A stretch of 56,625 nucleotides of DNA, the filler included, from Barthelona sp. PAP020 (Eukaryota), in NCBI GenBank assembly GCA_040182905.1. It is 3 parts of 3 records of this genome, joined end to end, with 100 filler letters (N's around TTAATTAATTAA, not from the genome) between each part and the next. Parts side by side here need not be neighbours in the genome. Positions count along the whole stretch, not along the records: positions 18,959 to 37,757 come from JARQWU010000220.1; positions 37,858 to 56,625 come from JARQWU010000221.1; 1 more part is not named here. One strand, given 5' to 3'. The translations under genes and the position numbers were made by a program. The notes under the pieces were generated by a model, which searched no databases, had not been told where the DNA came from, and was given only the letters and a program-made list of their open reading frames with translations. The first letter of the stretch is position 1. The number at the start of each line of letters is the position of its first letter. This document shows positions 33,496 to 44,410 of this stretch, in pieces.

Positions 33496-36400
33496 TCAAA
33501 AAGGAATCATTAAATCAACAATAAAACCTAACAATTTCCAAACAATGAAAATAATTAATAACCCAACAGCAATATATGTCCATTTGTGCTTTAAGAAATT
33601 ATATTTGATAGCTTTGTCAATTCTATAAGGGGGGAAAGAAGAATCAGGACGATTGGGTTCATTCAAAACAGGACATCTATTGGGCTCTTCACGACCTAAA
33701 CCTACTGGATGATCATCAGCATATTCTTTTCTGACAATGGATAATTCAACTTCAATTTTACCTTGTTCTTTTGTACCAGTGTTGGGATGTCTTAAACTGA
33801 TCCATTGTTTCTTTACGTCAATACTGTCTTGTCCTTTCAACAACATTTTATCAAACAAACGGTATAAACTGATATTAGCCTCAGCAATACAATCATTTGA
33901 CTCAATGAGAGCTTGATCCCAAATTTGTAATTTTAATCTGGGCATTTTCGCAGGCAATTTAAAATTAAATTTAAAACGCCAATTAAAGGCACCTGTTCCA
34001 TCTTCACTGCGCCAGTGAATATCTGTATCTTGTACTTCCCCTTTGGATAAAACCCCTGTTGAGCCATCAACAAATGCTCTGACAAAAATATCTGTGTTCT
34101 CAGAATCTTTAACACGAATCACATCTTTGGTATTCCAAATAACACCACGCAATTCAACTTCAATTGGTTCAGGAATTTCAAACCTTCTTAAAGGTGTTGA
34201 TTCATTTTCTTCTTCTGTTAACATTTCAAAAATACATGAAAGGTACCCTTGAACTTGCTCAAATTCTGGAGAGAATAATCCACGTCTTTGAAGGGGTTTG
34301 ATTTCAATGTTCTTCCATTCTTTTGAACAATCTCTATGCAAAACATCTATTAAAGTACTACCTAACAAAGAATCACCAAACATATCTTCTTTAAAAACAG
34401 AAATGGCCAATAATTGAGTCTCCGGCAATTGAATATCAAATGTAAAAGTTAAATAGAGTTCTCTGTCATCTTTAGTAAATGTACTGGATCTATGCAATGT
34501 TTCAGAATTTAAAACTTGAAAACCGTTCGAAAAAACAAAAAAATACTTATCACCTTCTCTTAACTGTCTCATTTCCTCAATATTTTTAATATAAATGCGT
34601 ACATTACGCTTTCTATCACTCCAATCATCTTTGATTATTTGTGTTAACTTTGGAAAATCAATTTTATTCAGATCGTCATCAGAGAAAACTTCAATTGCGT
34701 AATGAAGTGTAGCAAAATCATGACTTACCCTTGAACTGCTGAATAACCTGCTAAATAACCCCATATTTGCTCTGCATTGTCCTTTGACTAACTTTATTGA
34801 TGTATAAGGCATGTCATTTAATAACTCTTCAATTTCACAATTTAATATTGGGTCTTCAATTCCCTCAATATCATCAATGGTTTGTGGAACAGTTTCAGCT
34901 TGTTTTTCTAATTGTTCATCTTCAGTTAAAGCGCGAGTGGTTAAAACGCGTGTTGGGAAAGTAGTAAAATTTCTATCAGGTGTTTCATGATAAATGAAAA
35001 AAGGATTTTTTTGCTTTGCTTGTTCTTCTTCCAATAATAATGGATCAACAATTTTTTTTGCTTCTAAAACGAATTGTTCCTTTTTATTTTCAGGAAGGTA
35101 ATCTTCCAAATCTAACATTGTTTGTGCAACAACATTCCCTTCGGAATCTTTTAACGTTATCATGATTGGAGGAATAAATGATCGTACAACGGGCAAATAC
35201 ATTTTGAAAAAGGGAATAATTTCCGTGAGTAAAACATGCTTTTTATAAGTTTCAAATGGCCCAAAATTAAAATTGCAAATTGTTTCCAATGTACCATTTT
35301 CTCTAAACTTAGGGAAATCAATAAAAAGCGAACATTTTCCAACATTGTCATGAATGTCATTGATCATTGCCAATTTTAAGGCTATATGTAACTTTTCAAC
35401 TTCTAAAGGAATTGTGGAGGCAGAGGAAACTCCAATTTCACCTCGCATCAAAACTCTTCCGGAAAATACTTTTTTAACACCATATTCAAAATTTAACCAA
35501 ATAGGTTGATTTTTAGATCTGTTAATGAAATCCAAAAAAGGGACAACAGCTTGTCCCAAAAATGTCTTAGAATCCCATAATTTAACAACTAATGGTGGCA
35601 TAATACTTTCATCAACAGGTAATAATGCATCTCCAGATAACCTTTCAAAATACATTGGTCCAGTGGTGTCATGCTTCACAACAGTTTTAAACACTTGATC
35701 AGCTACATGAATAGAAATACATGGATCTACCACACCATTGTCATTGATAGAGGGAATTTTCTCAGCAAATAACACATCAAACAAAACACCAGTGCATTTT
35801 TCCCCAAAACTACTAATGCCTTGTCTAACAGGCAATTGATTACCTGCTCCTTTCAGTAAATCTGCTTCAAGACAAATAAATCCTGGTTGTTGTTCTGGGT
35901 CATAAGCAGAAGCTTTAGGATCAGATTCCATTGGATAGAAAATAGGCTGACCAATGTCCTTTTTGTGTGGAGGAATACGTACAAAACATAACCTTGATTT
36001 ATTAAAAGCATTTCCACGATATATGGAAACAATAATATCAGGTAAACTCTTAATATCTGGAGGAAAATTGACTTCATGTTCTTCACATAATCTTAAAATG
36101 CTGCAAACATTATTGGAAACGTTCACAGTAAAAGGTTTAAAACTGACAACACCCCAACGGATTTGAACTTCCAAATTTTCATTTTCAGTGGTAAGTCCAA
36201 AAATAGAATGAACATTCACTCTAATTGTCCATGTAATTAATGGGGGCAGATCAGGTGGATCAATGGCTTTTACTAAAGGTTGAGGATCAGGTATAGATGT
36301 TGTTGGTTCAAATGGAGAAGTGCTTCCACCCCAAAGAATAAGACCACACCATTCAGTGGCACAATTTGATAAATGACTTGCTTCACCACCAGAAATGAAA

Positions 36401-37365
36401 TCAATGAATGAATCACTGGAAGGTAATCGATAAAGATTTTTCCAGCGTGGAGATACGCCACGAGAATGAAGTTCAGCCAAAGATATGGTAAATGAAGCAA
36501 CCTTTTCATCATCAGCTAAATCATTCGCATCAAATAAAGCAACTGTCACTTGATCTGCAAGAGTTGGAATATTTACAGGCATTATGAGACTTTGATCCCA
36601 AATAGGACAATAATTTTTTGAAATCACACGAGTTTTCAATTCAACACCATTGTAATCAACACGAATATATGGATCAATTTTTCCAAATCGATCAGTCTGC
36701 GGTAAACCAATACCTCTAAAAAAGTTAAAATGTGCATTGACCGTCTGAATCTCCATTTGAGGTGGCAACAAAATATCATCATTCAAATCATTTCCAGAAT
36801 TAATTAATTCTGAATAAGGAATGGGAGGAGGGGAAGTGTCTCCAGGTGGGCAAACGGAAATAGAAATTAATAAATATCCACGAATTCCACTTCCTCGATT
36901 TAAAGAAGTCAAACAAATCCATTTAGGTTTTAAAGTATGTTGAGGATATCGACTGATTAAATCTAATTCCATTTCAAATTCACCAATAATATTATCCGAC
37001 CCAATGACACACGAATCAACAACGGATATCCTTATAGCAGCTTCTGAAAAATCATTTTCGTCACAATTAACATTAAAAAATAAATCTTCATCCCATACGC
37101 AACTGCTACAAGACTTAAAAGTTTGTGTAAAAGAAGTTTGAGTTTTGGTTCTCCCATTATGGGGATGTTTGACTTGAACTTTGACTTTTGGATCAGATCT
37201 ACCACCAGAAGATAAACCAACGAGGTCACGTCCTTCATAAATACGAACAACAACTGAATATTTCGAATTATCCAAAAATCCCTTTCTTTTTGCTATTGTC
37301 TGAAAGGGTATTGCTGAAAGCATTTCTGTTTTTTTCGAATCAATAACTGGATTAGGTTCGTCCAT
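33496..37365 (-). CDS. Ferlin-family multi-C2-domain tail-anchored protein
   Basis: Several C2 domains (IYEGRDL..SDPKV; DRFGKIDPYI), ferlin C2F signature ELRGVIWNT..TDIHWRSEDGTGAFNWRF, PVGLGREEPN and a C-terminal TM helix. First ATG at 37365. Confidence 0.9.
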   Translation of the reverse strand: MDEPNPVIDSKKTEMLSAIPFQTIAKRKGFLDNSKYSVVVRIYEGRDLVGLSSGGRSDPKVKVQVKHPHNGRTKTQTSFTQTFKSCSSCVWDEDLFFNVNCDENDFSEAAIRISVVDSCVIGSDNIIGEFEMELDLISRYPQHTLKPKWICLTSLNRGSGIRGYLLISISVCPPGDTSPPPIPYSELINSGNDLNDDILLPPQMEIQTVNAHFNFFRGIGLPQTDRFGKIDPYIRVDYNGVELKTRVISKNYCPIWDQSLIMPVNIPTLADQVTVALFDANDLADDEKVASFTISLAELHSRGVSPRWKNLYRLPSSDSFIDFISGGEASHLSNCATEWCGLILWGGSTSPFEPTTSIPDPQPLVKAIDPPDLPPLITWTIRVNVHSIFGLTTENENLEVQIRWGVVSFKPFTVNVSNNVCSILRLCEEHEVNFPPDIKSLPDIIVSIYRGNAFNKSRLCFVRIPPHKKDIGQPIFYPMESDPKASAYDPEQQPGFICLEADLLKGAGNQLPVRQGISSFGEKCTGVLFDVLFAEKIPSINDNGVVDPCISIHVADQVFKTVVKHDTTGPMYFERLSGDALLPVDESIMPPLVVKLWDSKTFLGQAVVPFLDFINRSKNQPIWLNFEYGVKKVFSGRVLMRGEIGVSSASTIPLEVEKLHIALKLAMINDIHDNVGKCSLFIDFPKFRENGTLETICNFNFGPFETYKKHVLLTEIIPFFKMYLPVVRSFIPPIMITLKDSEGNVVAQTMLDLEDYLPENKKEQFVLEAKKIVDPLLLEEEQAKQKNPFFIYHETPDRNFTTFPTRVLTTRALTEDEQLEKQAETVPQTIDDIEGIEDPILNCEIEELLNDMPYTSIKLVKGQCRANMGLFSRLFSSSRVSHDFATLHYAIEVFSDDDLNKIDFPKLTQIIKDDWSDRKRNVRIYIKNIEEMRQLREGDKYFFVFSNGFQVLNSETLHRSSTFTKDDRELYLTFTFDIQLPETQLLAISVFKEDMFGDSLLGSTLIDVLHRDCSKEWKNIEIKPLQRRGLFSPEFEQVQGYLSCIFEMLTEEENESTPLRRFEIPEPIEVELRGVIWNTKDVIRVKDSENTDIFVRAFVDGSTGVLSKGEVQDTDIHWRSEDGTGAFNWRFKFNFKLPAKMPRLKLQIWDQALIESNDCIAEANISLYRLFDKMLLKGQDSIDVKKQWISLRHPNTGTKEQGKIEVELSIVRKEYADDHPVGLGREEPNRCPVLNEPNRPDSSFPPYRIDKAIKYNFLKHKWTYIAVGLLIIFIVWKLLGFIVDLMIPF

Positions 37366-37596
37366 TGATTGAAAAAAGAAAAAAAAATTATTTTCCACTT
37401 CTTAACTGTGAAAAAATTAATCACAAATTGTACTTCAAAAAAAATGCTCATTGATGTTTGCCACTTATCTTGGTCATTCTAACGATTAAAGACTTATAAT
37501 CAAATATAAATATTGATCCAACACAAAAGACATCAACAAAAAAAATGGTTTTTACACAAATTTATCAAAATAAACATCAAAAATCATGTTATAAAA

Positions 37597-37755
37597 CTAT
37601 CTAAAAGGATTACACATAAACTGCAACAGATTTTCCAAACTATAATCCTCGACCATTAAAGAGCTGAGGTTTTCCAATTGTTCGAATACATTTTTATTCT
37701 TAAATCTCCAATAATCAATAAATAAGTCATTGATAATACCTTGCATGAAATCGAT
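37597..37755 (-). CDS. C-terminal fragment of an unknown protein cut by the contig end
   Basis: Open frame from the gap: IDFMQGIINDLFIDYWRF...LLQFMCNPFR then TAG. Confidence 0.45.
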   Translation of the reverse strand: MDFMQGIINDLFIDYWRFKNKNVFEQLENLSSLMVEDYSLENLLQFMCNPFR

Positions 37756-37757
37756 CT

Positions 37758-37857
37758 NNNNNNNNNNNNNNNNNNNNNNNNNNNNNNNNNNNNNNNNNNN
37801 NTTAATTAATTAANNNNNNNNNNNNNNNNNNNNNNNNNNNNNNNNNNNNNNNNNNNN
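37758..37857. other. Artificial contig spacer (N44-TTAATTAATTAA-N44)
   Basis: Same 100-nt structure as 18859-18958. Confidence 0.97.
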
Positions 37858-38672
37858 CGAGAAAGTAAACGATCAATAGTTTTCTTCTTTAATTCCTTAC
37901 TTGATTTAACGGACATATCAACTTTTTAAAAGAAAATTGAAACATGCGAAAAATACTCAATCAAAGAATTTATGTGAAAAGTCGAAAAAACGTTAAACAT
38001 TGAAGAAACAACCTCAAACATGCATATAGGATTAGCTACAACAATTTCTTCAGAAACTTTGAATTAATCATCGTCATCATCATTTTTTTTTTGGCAGATA
38101 ACATCCCAGGATCTTCTCGACAATTTCTACCCATCTTACATCCCAACATGATGGATGAACATAAAAATAAAAAGTCTTCCAGATTTATGAAAAGGAGAGA
38201 ATTTAAATGTTCAAATTCAATGTTTTAAAAATCTGCCACTCCATCTCAAGAATGAAATGAAAGTGTTAGGCGCATGTTCTTTCATGCCATTTTCTGTTTT
38301 GGTTTGAATTTCTCTTTTTTTTTGTGATTCACTTTATTAAGAATAAGATACGCAGTGATTCATTGAAGATGAAAAAAGGTTTTTGTCTTAAAATGTATGA
38401 TTTAATGTAAAGTTTAGTTTTCCAAAGATTTGATTTATTTTATTACCATTTGCAGCTGTTTGGGCAATAGTTTATCCTATATATCTATAATTTGAGACAT
38501 TTCAGAAAAATATACAAAAAAAAATTGAGTTGGGGCATTTGACTGTCCCTTTGTTTTAAAAAACCAATAGATTTCTGTTTAAACAAAAAAATTGCCGGAA
38601 TATTTACTAAAAATGTTTCAATTGACTATAATCAACAAAAAATGATGTTCTGCGTTTGCTTGACCAGTATCC

Positions 38673-40086
38673 TTATTCAATGGTTTTGACAATACCTTTT
38701 TGTTTCTCAGGAATAACTTCAACGGTACCAGGCTTAGAATGCTTGATTTTATTTTCAATTTTTCTCTTTTGAGACTTATGCTGTATAGCTCTCTTCTTTT
38801 GAGCATTATATAAATATCTGGGAAGATGGTGATTCTGTTGAATAGATTTCAACTGGCCAACATGTTTAAATCTGGCTTTCAATTTGTTTTCATAGTTCTT
38901 TCTTTCTTCTTCTTGTCTTGTCAACAGTCTCAAACTATCATTCGCTTTGGCTTTCCAAATACGTACATTGGCATCGTCAGACCCACTCAAAATAAATCTT
39001 GCGTCTTGAGAATAAGCAACAGAGAACACTCTCTGCATTCTTTCACTGTGATAAATATCAAAAGATCTGCCAGATCCATGTTTCCACAGTCTAATAGTGC
39101 GGTCGAATGAACCTGTCACAAACTCTTTTCCTGTAGGTGAATAAGCGACAGACATTACCGAATTTTCATGACCCTTGTGTACTGAATATGCTTTTTCTAA
39201 TTTTCGAAGATCAAAGGTATAAGCATTACCATCATCGTTTGCCATAGTAAAAAACACAGGTTCCACTGGATTGAAAGCAACAGCATTACCACGATTTTTC
39301 ATAATGACTCGATGCATTGGTTGTCCATCACGTACATCATACAAAGCTAGAGCACGATCAGTTAAACAACTGGCAAGAAGATTCGGATCAGCAGGTGAAT
39401 AGGAAACAGCATTGCAACCAATAGCACTATCAAAAATCAATTTTTGAAGTGGTTCAGTACTACGAGGACCATATATATCAACGCTACTGTCAGTTCCAAC
39501 GGCATATAAATGTTGTGTTGGACTTGCAGCCATACATTTCGGAGAATCACATTGTAAAGTTGTTTCTGGTTTAATTATTCCCTTTTCATTGTTTATTCGT
39601 TCACCATTAACAGAAATAGAGGTGTCAACTTGATCTACATTCCAAAATTTTATTGTACCATCATCGGAACAAGTAACTACTTGAGCACCATTATATGAAG
39701 GGCATATGGATCTAACATATCCTGAGTGGGCTTGTACAGTCCAATTAACTGTTTTTGTTGTCAAATTCCATCTATATAATTCTCCATCACAAGAACCACT
39801 GAAAAAAATAGGTAGACGGGTAGGATGAGGCGCTAAACTAAAGACACCATCAGAATGTAATGATAATTGAGAAATAAAGGGTTTGGAAAATAATTTGTCT
39901 AATTTAGTACTGTTTAAAGCTCGAACATATTCTCTCTCTGCTTGAAATGGATGTAAATCTTCAGAATAATTTCGAAATATCGGTTGTAAATCATCAGGAT
40001 TTTGTTTTTGAAATTTCTTTTCGTTTCTTGAAATAACTTTAACTTTCTATTATTAGTAATGAGTAAGTGAATAAAAGACATACCAT
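38673..40086 (-). CDS. DCAF13: SOF1/DCAF13 (WD40 SSU-processome protein); exons 40086-40084 (ATG only) and 40046-38673
   Basis: The frame stays open upstream of the ORF-track start: M|KVKVISR...LHPFQAEREYVRALNSTKLDKLFSKPF. Also YHSERMQRVF, SGSDDANVRIWKAKA and the Sof1 C-terminus HHLPRYL...KHSKPG. Confidence 0.95.
40047..40083 (-). other. Spliceosomal intron, 37 nt, immediately after the start codon
   Basis: ATG|gtatgtcttttattcacttactcattACTAATaatag|AAA GTT. Confidence 0.88.
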
Positions 40087-40124
40087 TTGATAAAAAAGAA
40101 AAGAGTTTTGTCTGTTTTTATTTT

Positions 40125-42644
40125 ATGTTTCGCGATAGTTACACTGATTCAGAAAGTTCAAATGAACCAATACAAGTTGTTGGTAGAGATGATGCCAGGA
40201 GAAAATCATTACAAAGTTTAGATTTTGATACTTTGACAAAGAAATTATTGAACCCATCAACAACGACAAATAATGGTAAAGATAAGAACAAAGATATGTT
40301 TAGAATCAGTAATGATGCTTTATCTTTTCAGGAACAAATGAATGCATTTAATCCCGCCGATTTTATTCATAATGATTTATCGGATAGTTTTTCGACAACT
40401 GACACATCTACAGATGAAAATTTAAGTGGATTGACTCAAAGGGCCATTTATTTGCAACAAAAGGACAACATCATGTCAACTCCATTAAAGCAACAGCTTC
40501 CTTCTGGACTTGACACAAAAAGTTCTGAAATAAATACATTTGACATGAGTATGGAGGATCAAATCCTTGGTATTCATGGAACTATGAGACCTAATGAGAT
40601 TGGTGGAACGAGACTTAGTGATGAACTTCTTCATACAACTCCATCCAAGTCGTCTAAAAATAATGTTTTGAGTGGTGTGGATTCTGCCAAAATAAGTGAA
40701 CTGCAGATGAAAATTACCAAATTGGAGGCTGAACTTCAAGAAAAACGAGCTGATTACATGTTATTGCAATCTGAATTCAATGAAGCGACAGAAGGACTTG
40801 AAATTGCAGAGGAAGAGATCGCGAAATTAAAGGCTGGTAACAATAATGCAGAATTATTGAAACAGATTAAAGACGCGGAAAATAAGATTAAGGACTTCGA
40901 AGAACAGTTAGCTCGGGTTAATACCGAAAATGTGCGCAGATTAGCTTTGAAAGATGAAGACCTGGAGCGTATTGAGAACCAAATGCTCGAAGCAGTTTCC
41001 AAAAATTCTCAAGTTAGTGCCGAAGTGCGAACTTTAAAAGACAAAATGTCTTCTGTTCAACGATTAGCCGATGAACGGTCCATGATTATCTCTACTAAAG
41101 AACAGCGCATTTCTGAGTTGATGAAATTGAAAGATGATGCAGATAAGAAGATTGGTCAATTAGAGGCAAAAGTGAATCTTGTTGAAAGTTCAGGTTCTCA
41201 AAGAGTATTAACCGTTCAATCTGAGCTTGATAAAACAAAAGAGGAGTTTGTTCAAGTAAAAAAGGACTTCGAGAGATTGATGAAAGAGCAAAATGAAGTC
41301 ATTTCTTTTAGTACCTTTCAAGCAGGCAGAGACATGGGTCTTACACCCAAGAAAGGTTTTGTAAAATTGTCTGTGCGAGATTTAGAGAACATTCTTGCTG
41401 ATCTTGAATCTCACGATTCCATGTTGACAACTACGAAAACGCAATTACAAGCTGCGGAAAATAGTTTGATGCATGCACGTCAGAAGATCAAGTCATTTAA
41501 TCGTGATGAATTGGATGATCGTATTGCTTTTTTGGAAGGAGAGAATGAAAGTTTGAAGAAAGAGATTCGAAATAATGAAACACTGATCAAGAATGTTAAT
41601 CAAGCACAGACTATTAAAGGTCCCAATTTAGCATTGACTAGAGTTGAGTTTTTGCAAAATCATGTGAAAGAGTTGAAAGAAACACATGAAGAGGAGATTA
41701 ATAGCATTAAAGCTGAGAATCAGCAGTTCTTTGCCACATTTAGGAGACAGGAGATGGGATACAAAAAAGAGATCCATAATTTGAAAATAAAGAACAGTCA
41801 GTTGAAATCAGTTGTTGATGAGAATCGTACCACGATTGAGCAATTGCATGTTGAAATTGTTGGACTTCAAAAAGAAAAAGAAAGTTTATTAGGTCAAAGG
41901 GACAATGCAATTAGCTTATTGGAAGGACAAAAGAAGAAAGTTTCGACTTTGGAAAATGATTTGAGTTTGTGGAAAAGAAAGCATGGTGAAATAACAAGAC
42001 AATATGAAAACGTTGTTGAACAAATTAAGAATGATGAGGAAAAGATGTATATACAATCTGAGTTGGATAAAAAAGAAAGGATTATTCAAGATTATCAACA
42101 AAAAACAATTCAAATGCGGGAAAAATACACTAAAGAAATGAATAGCCTCAGAGAAGAAAATCAAAGGAATATTACTGATTTTAATTTGCAACATCATAAG
42201 GATTTGGAGGATTTAGTCAATGGTCATGAAGAAAATATGAGAAAATTGAGTGAAGAGTTGGTTAAAGTGCAAAAGCAACTAGAACAAAGAAAATTCGATA
42301 TCGCACAAATAAAACAACAGAAATCACAGTTAGAAGTTGAAAATATTAACCTTAAGAAAGGAATGGTTCCTGATGATAGCCCATATATACTTCTTAATGA
42401 ATATAAAGAAAAGATTCAAGATGCCAATTCTATCATTGATGAAAAAGAGATGGAGCTTGATAATTTACATCGCTTTTACACCAAAAAATTGAAAGAAAAA
42501 GATGAAAACATTCGAGTTATTTACAATGAAGTAAAAAATCTTATAAATAGAGCACATCAGTTAGATTCAAGGATAGAACTTCCAAACATTGCACCAATAC
42601 CGTTTGAATCTCCAATGTCTCCAACTGTATCTGAAAGAACATGA
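40125..42644 (+). CDS. Long coiled-coil protein (possibly centrosomal/basal body)
   Basis: 839 aa; S/T/D-rich disordered N-terminus followed by an extended heptad pattern. Function is inferred only. Confidence 0.75.
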   Translation: MFRDSYTDSESSNEPIQVVGRDDARRKSLQSLDFDTLTKKLLNPSTTTNNGKDKNKDMFRISNDALSFQEQMNAFNPADFIHNDLSDSFSTTDTSTDENLSGLTQRAIYLQQKDNIMSTPLKQQLPSGLDTKSSEINTFDMSMEDQILGIHGTMRPNEIGGTRLSDELLHTTPSKSSKNNVLSGVDSAKISELQMKITKLEAELQEKRADYMLLQSEFNEATEGLEIAEEEIAKLKAGNNNAELLKQIKDAENKIKDFEEQLARVNTENVRRLALKDEDLERIENQMLEAVSKNSQVSAEVRTLKDKMSSVQRLADERSMIISTKEQRISELMKLKDDADKKIGQLEAKVNLVESSGSQRVLTVQSELDKTKEEFVQVKKDFERLMKEQNEVISFSTFQAGRDMGLTPKKGFVKLSVRDLENILADLESHDSMLTTTKTQLQAAENSLMHARQKIKSFNRDELDDRIAFLEGENESLKKEIRNNETLIKNVNQAQTIKGPNLALTRVEFLQNHVKELKETHEEEINSIKAENQQFFATFRRQEMGYKKEIHNLKIKNSQLKSVVDENRTTIEQLHVEIVGLQKEKESLLGQRDNAISLLEGQKKKVSTLENDLSLWKRKHGEITRQYENVVEQIKNDEEKMYIQSELDKKERIIQDYQQKTIQMREKYTKEMNSLREENQRNITDFNLQHHKDLEDLVNGHEENMRKLSEELVKVQKQLEQRKFDIAQIKQQKSQLEVENINLKKGMVPDDSPYILLNEYKEKIQDANSIIDEKEMELDNLHRFYTKKLKEKDENIRVIYNEVKNLINRAHQLDSRIELPNIAPIPFESPMSPTVSERT

Positions 42645-43091
42645 TAATAATTATTGTTGATTATTAAGTCTCGAGTTGAAGATTGTAAATATTTGTAGAG
42701 AGTTCATTGCATGAAAAATGTTTTTTTATTTGGTTTGTTACACAGAATTTGACAGAATTTGCCAATTTTTTTTGAAGCAATTACTCAAAAATTACATTTA
42801 TAAAATAGTGGGAAACTTTCTTTTTTTTTTCTTGTGAAAAAACTCAAAATGTTTATAAAGGATAATTTAAATGATAAAACTTAATTAAATCTAATATGAT
42901 ATTTTGAACAATCCTCATTTGAAGGACACTTTCTAAATGAACTAATTCAAAAGTGACATTAAATAAACATTTATTAATAGATTTGCACTTCAATAATATG
43001 ATATATATTAAAAAACAAAACAAAGAAAAGGCAAAAAAAATATGTTACAAACACTCTTTTTAAAATTTAAACACAATTCGAATTGGTTCTA

Positions 43092-44225
43092 ATGACCACA
43101 TTGGAACAGAATGGATATGAAATAATATCACTAATTGGATCAGGATCTTTTGGAAGAGTTCAAAAGATAATCAGAAAATCTGATCAGAAGATATTTGCGT
43201 GCAAAGAAATCAATTACGGTCCGATGGGGGATCGTGAAAAACAATTTTTGGTATCTGAAGTGAATATTTTAAGAGGTTTGAATCATAATAATATTGTAAA
43301 ATATATTGACCGTATTGTTTGCAAAGAAAAACAAATTATTTATATTATAATGGAATATTGTGATAATGGTGATCTGGCTAAAATTATAAATCATTGTAAA
43401 AGAAAAGGTATACATATGGAAGAACATGTTATTTGGACCATTTTTTCTCAACTAACACAAGCTTTGTATTGTTGTCATCATTTATCTGAAGGTGCTATTT
43501 TACATCGAGATATTAAACCAGGTAATATATTTTTGAATTCAAGCAACACCATTAAATTAGGTGATTTTGGTGTATCTAGAATTTTAAATGAACGTAGTTT
43601 AGCAAAAACGCATGTTGGTACTCCTCTTTATATGAGTCCTGAACAGGTGAATGGTTTGGCATATGATATCAAATCAGATATTTGGGCATTAGGATGTGTA
43701 TTGTATGAAATGTGTACCTTAAGACCACCTTTTACCGCATCAAATCATGTAGCTTTAGCCCAAATAATTCATTCAAGAGAATTGACCCCTATTCCATTAG
43801 AATTGGGATATTCAAGTGCTTTAACAAGCTTGATTCATTCCATGTTGGCTAAAAATCCTCACAGAAGGCCTTCAACTGGGTATCTAATTGAATATCCTCA
43901 AATAAAGTCTGTAATGAGTAGAAGTGGTCAAAGTAGGGCATCAGAACAAGAAATTAAGACTATGAATGAGTTAGAATTGAGGAAACTACAAAGCGAATTG
44001 TTGATTCAAAAACAGATGTTGCAAGAAGAGCGTAGACAGATTGAAGCAGAAAAAAAAATGATTGCTGAGGAAAAAAGAGAATTAGAATATAAAAAATTCA
44101 AGATTGATGAGGCACAAAGGCAACTAATTAAAGATCGAGAAAATTTGGAAAAAAAGGCGCAACGTTTTAAAAATCTGTTGGCTGAATCTGTTGATCAACG
44201 AAAGTCTTTTGGGTCAATGTTATAA
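43092..44225 (+). CDS. NIMA-related kinase (NEK2/NimA-like) with C-terminal coiled coil
   Basis: GSGSFG, ACKEINY..MGDREKQFLVSEVNILR, HRDIKPGN, KLGDFG, HVGTPLYMSPE and SDIWALG motifs. ATG at 43092. Confidence 0.92.
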   Translation: MTTLEQNGYEIISLIGSGSFGRVQKIIRKSDQKIFACKEINYGPMGDREKQFLVSEVNILRGLNHNNIVKYIDRIVCKEKQIIYIIMEYCDNGDLAKIINHCKRKGIHMEEHVIWTIFSQLTQALYCCHHLSEGAILHRDIKPGNIFLNSSNTIKLGDFGVSRILNERSLAKTHVGTPLYMSPEQVNGLAYDIKSDIWALGCVLYEMCTLRPPFTASNHVALAQIIHSRELTPIPLELGYSSALTSLIHSMLAKNPHRRPSTGYLIEYPQIKSVMSRSGQSRASEQEIKTMNELELRKLQSELLIQKQMLQEERRQIEAEKKMIAEEKRELEYKKFKIDEAQRQLIKDRENLEKKAQRFKNLLAESVDQRKSFGSML

Positions 44226-44410
44226 CCAGACTGATTACTAATCGATACATCAAGAATTGGAAGCTTGATTCAGGAAAAACAAAGAACAAAAATTTGCTCA
44301 AAAGTCATTCAGCTTCATTTGAATAAATTCATTTCATCCTTTTTTGTTTGTGAATTAGGCATTGCTTTTGATGAAAGAAAAGAAATAAACGCACTTATTT
44401 ATGATGTAAT

